Both the position numbers and the translations under genes were made by a program. A stretch of 21,799 nt of DNA from positions 202,063 to 223,861 of the IMG/VR virus record IMGVR_UViG_3300037454_000941. One strand, 5' to 3'. The notes beneath the pieces were generated by a model. The model was not told the DNA's origin. It was given only the letters and a program-made list of their open reading frames with translations, and made no database searches. Of this stretch, positions 1 to 6,700 are shown one piece after another (position 1 is the first letter of the stretch; the number at the start of each line of letters is the position of its first letter). The DNA comes from a virus. Taxonomy: Duplodnaviria; Heunggongvirae; Uroviricota; Caudoviricetes.

Positions 1-105
1 GACATACCCCCGGAAGCGGTAATTCGACCAGATTCACTCAGCGTGAGGGTGGTTACCGAGATGCTTACATTTACATGCCACGTTGAAAAGATTAACCCGA
101 TATAG
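1..105 (+). CDS. 3' end of an upstream hypothetical protein (partial; ...DIPPEAVIRPDSLSVRVVTEMLTFTCHVEKINPI*)
   Basis: Frame 1 is open from base 1 to TAG at 103-105, directly before the ATG at 109. Confidence 0.55.
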   Translation, partial: DIPPEAVIRPDSLSVRVVTEMLTFTCHVEKINPI

Positions 106-108
106 ACG

Positions 109-393
109 ATGCTGACAATACGAGATATACTGTTGCAGATGAACGACGGCATTCACCATGCGAAGGATTTCATGCGCGTGGACACCGACGTTCACTTTCT
201 TTCGCCCCTGGACAATGGGATTAACCGGGATACCAAGCTCATGCCGATCCCAAGGGACAAGTTCATCGACCTGATAGATCCGGTCGCGGGTGACCGATGG
301 GACGTAATGGAGAGCCTGTATGGCAAGTACAACTCATTTGCATACGAGCCCGGCACGAATAACTACTATGCCTGGTATGACAACGGAAGGTAA
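109..393 (+). CDS. Hypothetical protein (94 aa)
   Basis: First full ORF of a tiled + strand run; ends 2 nt before the next start; no family recognised; RBS weak. Confidence 0.65.
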   Translation: MLTIRDILLQMNDGIHHAKDFMRVDTDVHFLSPLDNGINRDTKLMPIPRDKFIDLIDPVAGDRWDVMESLYGKYNSFAYEPGTNNYYAWYDNGR

Positions 394-395
394 CC

Positions 396-668
396 ATGGC
401 CGGGAAGGAGAGGATTTCGGAAGAGCTCAACAGGGCGAAACTATTGCTTCAGTCGGTCCCCCTGGCGGTCGACGAGGTGATTTCGTCATTGGCCCGGTGC
501 GAACTTATACGGGACAACATTGGGGACCGTACCGAGCGGTATTTCGCCGATGAAGCGGCTAGGGCACTGGGTGATTTGGGTGAACAGCTTATCACGATTG
601 CGGCACATCCACATCTGGAGGAAATAATAAACGCGGCTATGCCGGAGGAAACTGATGGGGGAACCTAG
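396..668 (+). CDS. Hypothetical protein (90 aa, predicted helical)
   Basis: GGAAGG at 385-390 before the ATG; overlaps the next gene by 14 nt. Confidence 0.7.
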   Translation: MAGKERISEELNRAKLLLQSVPLAVDEVISSLARCELIRDNIGDRTERYFADEAARALGDLGEQLITIAAHPHLEEIINAAMPEETDGGT

Positions 669-1173
669 CTACAAGGAAAAATATCGTTGCAAATGGATAC
701 AGGCGTGCTCGTCCAACACGGCCACTACCGATGGCAACACCATCATGCTGAACTGGTACGGCATAACTGTGGCCGAAATAAGTACCGGAAGCAGCTCGGA
801 TGTCTTCAATCAGCTATACATGTTCCCGGGAAACGTGGATGTCGCTGTGGAGAAGCTGCCGAATGCCGACGGCGCATTTAAGTCGTTGGTGAACGACGTG
901 CGTGAACTGGATGCAATCGTCCAGATGTACGAATATGTCCAGTGCGACGGAAACGAGATATGGCTGATGAGCGGCGGGAAACGGTATGGGAGGATCGTGT
1001 TCAGCATGGGGCGAGTTACGTTCTACATCAATTACGGCAATGGGGAAGAAAGCACGAGGAACCTACTGGATTTGAAGCGGTACGCGACTTACATCAAGAA
1101 TGCGAGCATAGAGGCTAGTACGATCGACGACTCGTTGCTGATAGCTTCTCTCGGAAAGAACGTGGTGGTGTGA
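655..1173 (+). CDS. Hypothetical protein (172 aa)
   Basis: GGAGGA RBS at 643-648; its stop overlaps the next start (GTGA). Confidence 0.75.
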   Translation: MGEPSYKEKYRCKWIQACSSNTATTDGNTIMLNWYGITVAEISTGSSSDVFNQLYMFPGNVDVAVEKLPNADGAFKSLVNDVRELDAIVQMYEYVQCDGNEIWLMSGGKRYGRIVFSMGRVTFYINYGNGEESTRNLLDLKRYATYIKNASIEASTIDDSLLIASLGKNVVV

Positions 1174-1622
1174 TAATGGTGATTGGCAAGATATTAAACA
1201 CGTTGATTCTTATGCGGTTCATGCATCGGGTGCTGCGAAAGGTAGGTCCCTCATCGTCGGGGACTTTGCCCGAATCGATAGTTTTCATCCCCATGGATAA
1301 TGGTAGCAACGTCGTGATCGGTTATGGTTCCCATAAAGAGATGGCATATGGGATGGCGCACGATGCACGAAGAATGGTGAACAAGAATGCATGTGAGGCG
1401 GTAAAGGTAAGCGATTATGAATACTCGTATACTATGGCTGGGTTTTATGGGAACAGAGGGGTAAAGATTGCTGAAAAAACACTCCGCGCTATCCCGTTCG
1501 ATGATGACCCGCTTGGCGTTTTGTCTGGATTATCCAAGAAATATGGCATCAACGAGGATATGGTCGCCAGGATATGCCGGGAGGCGATCTTGGTGGACGG
1601 CGGGGAAGGGGGGTGTCAATGA
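1170..1622 (+). CDS. Hypothetical protein (~150 aa; start may be ATG at 1176)
   Basis: GTGA overlap with the upstream stop and ATGA overlap with the downstream gene indicate translational coupling. Confidence 0.7.
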   Translation: MIMVIGKILNTLILMRFMHRVLRKVGPSSSGTLPESIVFIPMDNGSNVVIGYGSHKEMAYGMAHDARRMVNKNACEAVKVSDYEYSYTMAGFYGNRGVKIAEKTLRAIPFDDDPLGVLSGLSKKYGINEDMVARICREAILVDGGEGGCQ

Positions 1623-1867
1623 TACGTAATAGTGACGACACCGATGAGATTGACCGCGCGATAAAGGGTTTCCGGGAGAAACTTCGTGCAAACAGCGTCC
1701 CGTTGCGCATGAGGGATAAGCGGGTGGCGCCCAACGATGGGTACCCGGACTATATCACCCAGGCGGAAATGGACGCCAACTCCATGTTGGCCGCGGAGTA
1801 CAGGGAGAGCATAATGGGACTGAAACTATTAAAGCGCATCATAACGGGAGGTAAAGATGAGCGATGA
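1619..1867 (+). CDS. Hypothetical protein (82 aa, MIRNSDDTDEIDRAIK...); start moved from 1574 in the ORF track
   Basis: The ATG at 1619 overlaps the upstream TGA (ATGA) and follows a G-rich RBS (GGGGAAGGGGGG). Confidence 0.7.
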   Translation: MIRNSDDTDEIDRAIKGFREKLRANSVPLRMRDKRVAPNDGYPDYITQAEMDANSMLAAEYRESIMGLKLLKRIITGGKDER

Positions 1868-2156
1868 TATAGATGTGTTCTGCGAACAGTGGGCTGCAAA
1901 AATGGTTGGACAGCCGTTTGAAGAACTGCAGGAACAGCTTGAATCGAAAGGGTACTCGATGGCGAGTAAGCTGATACGGGTCCCGGGTAGCCCGACGGGG
2001 ACCGTCCTGGTCGCCAAGGGGCACCACGAACATAAGATGCAGTTCAGGATTACGTTCAGCTGGAAGGAGAAATACCACGGGATGTCGGTGCCCGACAAGG
2101 TGACCGCGGCCAAGTGGATACGCCCGATGCGACCGGAACCGTTCGAAGTGAGGTGA
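1857..2156 (+). CDS. Hypothetical protein (99 aa)
   Basis: GGAGGT RBS at 1847-1852; 11-nt overlap with the previous gene. Confidence 0.75.
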   Translation: MSDDIDVFCEQWAAKMVGQPFEELQEQLESKGYSMASKLIRVPGSPTGTVLVAKGHHEHKMQFRITFSWKEKYHGMSVPDKVTAAKWIRPMRPEPFEVR

Positions 2157-2159
2157 CAA

Positions 2160-2441
2160 ATGATGAATTTTGATGATGCTTATGCCGAAATCGTGGGTGG
2201 TTGCGACGAGGGCGATGTTTCGGCCCTGTATGCGGCCTTGGGGATCGATGGCGAATTTGCCGACGGAGCGCAGAAGTTGGCGGTCGCGTTGATTCTTGAA
2301 TATGGCGGGAAGGCACACGCCGGTTCCGAGGCCAGGATGGCGCTTAAAGCGGCGGCATCGAATGTGCTGGTTTATGGCCGGGTTGCCAGGGTGACGCCGG
2401 AACTCGCCATGGCCACGGAAAAGATGCGCCACATGATCTGA
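2160..2441 (+). CDS. Hypothetical protein (93 aa, Ala-rich helical)
   Basis: GAGGTG RBS overlapping the previous stop; ends 3 nt from the convergent ClpP stop. Confidence 0.7.
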   Translation: MMNFDDAYAEIVGGCDEGDVSALYAALGIDGEFADGAQKLAVALILEYGGKAHAGSEARMALKAAASNVLVYGRVARVTPELAMATEKMRHMI

Positions 2442-2444
2442 TTG

Positions 2445-2987
2445 CTAGATCATGTCGGTTTCGTATTCATGGGCGATTCCGTACCGGATTGCCTCGTCTG
2501 CTCCGATGAATACATCCTCGCGCAACATGCGGTCCAGAAGGTCCGGGGGTATGTTCATGGGGGTCAGGAGGGACTTGAACAGGCCGTTATAGTAGTCTAG
2601 TTCCTGGACCATGTTCCTGGCGTCGACATGGCTTGTCGAACCATTCTCGGCATCGGTGAAATATGCCGGGTGGATCATGATCCTGGTGTGCCGGTGTACG
2701 CTGCGGTGGATGCCGGCACAGAAAATGATGGCACCCATGGAGCTGGCTTTTCCCGAAGCGATAGTATGGACTGGACAGCCCTTGGTCCTCGCTATCGTCA
2801 TGGCGTCAATTACGCGGAATCCGTCATCGGGGCACCCGCCGTCACTGCTGATGATAAGGGTTATCGGACCGGGCGTGCGGCACATTTCGTGCATACTGAC
2901 GATGCACTGGTCAACGGATTCTTCGGTAATCTCCCCGGTCAGGCGAATGATACGTTCTTCCGTATCGGTCTGTTCTGTATCGTTCAT
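2445..2987 (-). CDS. clpP: ClpP/crotonase-like serine protease (peptidase S14 family), 180 aa
   Basis: Motifs: IRLTGEI, ITLIISSDGG (cf. IxLYINSPGG), GKASSMGAIIFCAG (catalytic Ser), RIMIHP (His), REDVFIGADEAIRYGI (Asp; cf. RDxFMxAxEAxxYGL). AGGAGGT RBS on the minus strand. Confidence 0.9.
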   Translation of the reverse strand: MNDTEQTDTEERIIRLTGEITEESVDQCIVSMHEMCRTPGPITLIISSDGGCPDDGFRVIDAMTIARTKGCPVHTIASGKASSMGAIIFCAGIHRSVHRHTRIMIHPAYFTDAENGSTSHVDARNMVQELDYYNGLFKSLLTPMNIPPDLLDRMLREDVFIGADEAIRYGIAHEYETDMI

Positions 2988-3121
2988 GGAGCACCTCCTG
3001 ACAGGAGTTTATCTTCGGCTCGGGGCCCGGACCGGGGGATAAGGATGGTTCTGAATGTTAAAATATTTTTACATAGCCGAGATTCCTAGAATTCATTCAA
3101 AAATGCTATGTTTAGGTTGAA
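2988..3121. promoter_or_regulatory. Divergent intergenic region between clpP (leftward) and the rightward operon, with several palindromes
   Basis: One of few non-coding gaps, with an AT-rich right half. Inverted repeats: CTCCTG-A-CAGGAG (2995-3007), CCCGG-A-CCGGG (3026-3036), TGTTAAAATATTTTTACA (3056-3073). No clean -35/-10 pair was found. Confidence 0.5.
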
Positions 3122-3358
3122 ATGTGGATGGAAAAGTTAAAATATGTGCTATACGGGTGCATCGTTGGCATAACGGTTCGCAAAATATGGTCACGCGCAC
3201 ACGAATGGGGGCATGGTGGCATAGTGTATGCGAACTATCGAATATGCCTGGCCAATAACCGGGAAACCCCGGAAAACCGGGAATATGTCGGATATGTCGT
3301 CACGTGCGACCATGACAAAGAGGCGGTCGCAAGCTCACACCCTTTAGGGCGTGGGTAG
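3122..3358 (+). CDS. Hypothetical protein (78 aa) with a moderately hydrophobic N-terminus
   Basis: First ORF after the intergenic gap; N-terminal LKYVLYGCIVGITV; start may be 3128. Confidence 0.55.
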   Translation: MWMEKLKYVLYGCIVGITVRKIWSRAHEWGHGGIVYANYRICLANNRETPENREYVGYVVTCDHDKEAVASSHPLGRG

Positions 3359-3364
3359 TTCACA

Positions 3365-3886
3365 ATGGAAAATAGGGGAATGGTTATGCCTACGTACATC
3401 AAGCGGGACGCGATAAAGCGACTATTTGCCACCAACGGGTTCAAGCTGGTGACCTTGCAGTCTGGGCCGGCATTCGTATACAGTAGCCGCAGCGGGTTTT
3501 CCATGGAGTTCCCGGTTAAATGGCTGAGTAGCGACAATGGGAGGGATTACGAACTCATGCAGGTCCGCCACGTACTCAACCATATGACGGCATCGGCCAA
3601 GCGCGAGGAGAGGATTTTCGACTTCATGCGGGACAAGAAGAAGATGGATGAGCTGTTCCTCGCGGCGAAGGATTTTGGCATGACCTATGATTCCGACAAC
3701 AAGATGCTGATTTGCAAGAAGTCGCGGCGCAGCCGGACTGCATTGTATACCGTGGAACTGGACTACATAGTCGCCTTGAAGCTGGAGAATTGCAAGGACA
3801 TGAGCTACAAGGAGATTTTCGAGGCATTGAAGGATAGTGCCGAGCAGGACAAGAAGGAAAAGAACGGCGGCGAGGGGCAGAAATGA
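3365..3886 (+). CDS. Hypothetical protein (173 aa)
   Basis: Long ORF with an ATGA overlap to the HAD gene; charged C-terminus; no family recognised. Confidence 0.75.
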   Translation: MENRGMVMPTYIKRDAIKRLFATNGFKLVTLQSGPAFVYSSRSGFSMEFPVKWLSSDNGRDYELMQVRHVLNHMTASAKREERIFDFMRDKKKMDELFLAAKDFGMTYDSDNKMLICKKSRRSRTALYTVELDYIVALKLENCKDMSYKEIFEALKDSAEQDKKEKNGGEGQK

Positions 3887-4368
3887 GTACAATATCGGTT
3901 GATTTTGACGGTACGATATGCCACGGTGGTTGGCCCGACATTACCAAGGGAAGGCCGAACAAGGCTGTTATCCGATGGATCAGGAAGCGTCAGGCCAAGG
4001 GAGACATCTTCGTACTCTGGACCTGTCGCGAGAATTATGGCGGAAAGCACTTCCCGGACGGTAGGTACCTGGATGATGCGGTCAGGTTCTGTACAGATCA
4101 CCGAGTATTCTTTGCGAATATTAACGCCAACGCGATCGATGGCAGCATTGAGCGGGGCTGGGAAAGGGAAAACTACGGAAGAAAGGTCCGCGGCGATTTC
4201 TATCTGGATGACAGGTCGGTATGGTTTGATGAAGATTCAGTCTTCTCGCCCCTGCTGTGGCGGCTGTATCTGTGGCTGGTCGGTCGGAAGCTGGACCGGG
4301 AAAATAGGACGCGGCTAAAACGAATCGCTTCAAAGGCAAGGAAGGAAACCGATGACAAGAGTAAGTAA
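3883..4368 (+). CDS. HAD-superfamily phosphatase (minimal-cap, phage-type hydrolase)
   Basis: Motif I ISVDFDGTI, motif II LWTCR, motif III/IV RKVRGDFYLDDRS. Confidence 0.85.
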   Translation: MSTISVDFDGTICHGGWPDITKGRPNKAVIRWIRKRQAKGDIFVLWTCRENYGGKHFPDGRYLDDAVRFCTDHRVFFANINANAIDGSIERGWERENYGRKVRGDFYLDDRSVWFDEDSVFSPLLWRLYLWLVGRKLDRENRTRLKRIASKARKETDDKSK

Positions 4369-5713
4369 GAAAATGATCAAACAGATGAAGCTGGATGCCA
4401 AGAAGAACAAGGCTAACAAGAAACCGGCCCGGGGGACTGTCGAGTTGGGTTCGAGCGATGGTACCCTGCTCGATGTGGTGAAAAAATATGGAAAAACGGA
4501 TGATGCGCTGAAATATGTCGTAGAGAACCTTATAATCGAATTCGGTGGCACGACAATGGAGCACCAGTTCGCCATTGAGGATTTCGCATGTTCGGTTGAA
4601 GTAACTTTCAAAAATTGTATATTTAAGAATACTAACGGTCTGGGGAGTTTCCCCATCGTTATTGCTATAGGTCGGTATGCCAGGGGGATTGCGGGTGTCT
4701 GCGAGGTACGTTTTGAAAATTGCTTGTTTGATGCACGAACATATATAAACACAGGTTCCAACATACGGTTTGAACGGATTAGGGGCACCGATTTACCATA
4801 TATCAAGTCACTAACGTGTGTTGCCCTACGTACCAACCTTGGTTGTACGCTGTCCAATGTCAAATGTACCGAAAGGAAAGCAGTAGGGAGTATTAGCCTC
4901 GATGGGTTCGAACGGGTTCACGTGGAAAAATGTTCGAAGTATGACATACCCCGGGGGTCGTCGAACTGGTCAATAAATGGCGCCAGTTCAGTGCACATTA
5001 TAGCTTGCCGTGAATATGATACGCAGGGCAATAAGAGCGACATCTGTGATATAGATGAACTGTCGATTAACGACTGTGGCAATCAAATGCACTTAACCAT
5101 AGATAATGCTTCAGTTGGTTTTTTGCGTGTTGGTGGAGGCAGCATAGGTCCAGTAAACATAGGCCAGTCACACATAGCGAAATTGCTTATATACGATGCT
5201 ACGGTGGATGCTATTTATTCAACAAAATCGACTATAGAACGGATGGAAGCCAATAATTCGGTGTGCAGAGAAACGCCGTCCTGGGGACCTACGTATGTAA
5301 AGGCGATCGATTCAGTCGGGTTCGGGGAGCAGTCCGGGCATTACATACTCTACAAGAAATGCAGACTTACAAATTGGTATTCCATGGCCGAAAAGAATGC
5401 CGTCATAGTGGAACTTTTGGTATCACCGAACACAAAATTCCGTTCCGAGCCGCATAATTTGACGGAACGGAAAGTTCGCGTCGCCCGGGCGAAGGTAATA
5501 AACATGTACATTTTTGATCCAACTGGGCAACAATTCGTCCCGTATGTGCCCAAGTGGTACGAACGGGTGCGCAGCAAGTACGATCCAAGGTTCACATACA
5601 GTATTGGGAAGGTAGTCCGACCCAAAAACGGATTCGATGACTCTCCCGTTGCATGTGGAGGCGGTATCCATGGGCTCCGTTCCATGGCGGAAGCGGACGA
5701 ATACTGGATATAG
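4352..5713 (+). CDS. Beta-helix/solenoid-like repeat protein with C-terminal DUF5758-like domain (453 aa)
   Basis: The C-terminus YKKC...IVELLV...RKVRVARAKV...SKYDPRFTYSIGKVVRP..FDD....CGGGIHG..SMAEADEY matches the DUF5758 pattern as recalled. The centre has periodic beta-strand repeats (IDELSIND, VGFLRVGG, IAKLLIYD, IERMEANN). Confidence 0.75.
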   Translation: MTRVSKKMIKQMKLDAKKNKANKKPARGTVELGSSDGTLLDVVKKYGKTDDALKYVVENLIIEFGGTTMEHQFAIEDFACSVEVTFKNCIFKNTNGLGSFPIVIAIGRYARGIAGVCEVRFENCLFDARTYINTGSNIRFERIRGTDLPYIKSLTCVALRTNLGCTLSNVKCTERKAVGSISLDGFERVHVEKCSKYDIPRGSSNWSINGASSVHIIACREYDTQGNKSDICDIDELSINDCGNQMHLTIDNASVGFLRVGGGSIGPVNIGQSHIAKLLIYDATVDAIYSTKSTIERMEANNSVCRETPSWGPTYVKAIDSVGFGEQSGHYILYKKCRLTNWYSMAEKNAVIVELLVSPNTKFRSEPHNLTERKVRVARAKVINMYIFDPTGQQFVPYVPKWYERVRSKYDPRFTYSIGKVVRPKNGFDDSPVACGGGIHGLRSMAEADEYWI

Positions 5714-5739
5714 CAAAGGATACATTCAATATACACGGG

Positions 5740-5770
5740 AACCCCGGGACGCATGTCCCGGGGTTTTCTA
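5740..5770 (+). terminator. Rho-independent terminator
   Basis: 11-bp perfect stem AACCCCGGGAC / GCAT loop / GTCCCGGGGTT running into a TTTTCTA tract, 26 nt after the DUF5758 stop. Confidence 0.8.
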
Positions 5771-5776
5771 TAAACT
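5769..5776 (+). promoter_or_regulatory. Candidate late-promoter/-10 element TATAAACT
   Basis: Lies directly after the terminator and 6 nt before an ATG that has no SD; the same 8-mer occurs at 15470. Confidence 0.35.
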
Positions 5777-5782
5777 GCGGTC

Positions 5783-6700
5783 ATGAAGAAATGTAACTGC
5801 ATACCCCCTCCTCCACCTCCGGCTTGTGGCCCGTGCCCCCCGCCGCCGGTACCCCCGGTGCCGCCGGTACCCGATTGCAACTGCCCACCCAAGGTGTACA
5901 GGAACCCGACAGAGGTGAAAGTCGCTTCCAACGTCGTGGTCAGGGCAGGCGACCATGTTACGGTGGTCGTGGAGGAGACCGATACCGACACCATATACAC
6001 GGTTAACTCGACGAAGTATCCGGTGACATTGGAAGAAGGGGAGAGTGTACTGCATGGTGACGGAACTCCCGAACACCCACTTGGTGCCGGCATGTTCGTG
6101 GGTGCGACCGAGGAAACCCCGGGACAGCCCGGTGCAGTTCCTCCTCCCACGGCAAATGAAAGAAATCTTTATCTGCGCGGCGACGGCGCGTGGGCAGCTC
6201 CTTCGACCCAGGATGTCCCCGCGTTTACCGGTGCGACCGAGAATGAACCTGGCACGAGCGGTCTAGTTCCTGCACCGGCTGTAGCCGATCGCGAAAAGTT
6301 CCTTAAAGGTGACGGTACCTGGGCATCGGCCAGGGTCGATATCCGCGGGGGTGAGCATATTAACGTATCGCAGGATGGTGACACCTACACCATTGACGCG
6401 GAGCGGTTCCCCGTGGAAATCGACCAGAACTCGCTGGGCATACTGGGAGGGGACGGGACACCGGAACACCCGCTGTCCATAGCGAAGCTGGGCGGGGCTA
6501 CCGCCGGCCAGGCCGGTTCGGCTGGCGTGGCGCCGGCTCCTGCGATGGGAGACCAGAACAAGTTCCTGAAGGGGGACGGCACGTGGGCTACTGTGCCCGA
6601 GTCATATACACCGATAGCCTGCAGTGCCCAGACGATGGACACGTGGCTTGACGCGGTTGATGCAGAAGACAATACACCCGAGGTAAACGGAAATGGCTAA
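5783..6700 (+). CDS. Tail-fiber-like protein (305 aa) with Cys/Pro-rich N-terminus and three GAT..G..G.VP.P...K(F/Y)L(K/R)GDG(T/A)W repeats
   Basis: Three imperfect fiber repeats, two LxGDGTPEHPL motifs and two (A/G)G.H(V/I).V linker motifs, all recurrent in phage tail fibers. Confidence 0.75.
   Translation: MKKCNCIPPPPPPACGPCPPPPVPPVPPVPDCNCPPKVYRNPTEVKVASNVVVRAGDHVTVVVEETDTDTIYTVNSTKYPVTLEEGESVLHGDGTPEHPLGAGMFVGATEETPGQPGAVPPPTANERNLYLRGDGAWAAPSTQDVPAFTGATENEPGTSGLVPAPAVADREKFLKGDGTWASARVDIRGGEHINVSQDGDTYTIDAERFPVEIDQNSLGILGGDGTPEHPLSIAKLGGATAGQAGSAGVAPAPAMGDQNKFLKGDGTWATVPESYTPIACSAQTMDTWLDAVDAEDNTPEVNGNG

Noticed and set aside
1574-1618. Longer start for the 1574..1867 ORF
   Set aside because: The extension overlaps the upstream gene by 49 nt and encodes the G-rich RBS. 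The ATGA-coupled start at 1619 fits better.
2611-3089. + strand ORFs of 143 and 153 aa over clpP
   Set aside because: They are antisense to a gene with clear catalytic motifs and an RBS, and their translations are not protein-like.
3257-3283. Short direct repeat AACCGGGAA in the 78 aa ORF
   Set aside because: Only 9 bp in two copies, explained by the NRE peptide duplication; no evidence of function.
103-3365. TAG stops followed in frame by the next gene (103-105 to 109; 3356-3358 to 3365), suggesting TAG recoding (genetic code 15)
   Set aside because: The four large structural ORFs (about 5,000 codons) contain no in-frame TAG and use CAA/CAG for Gln. In-frame junctions are expected about one time in three by chance.
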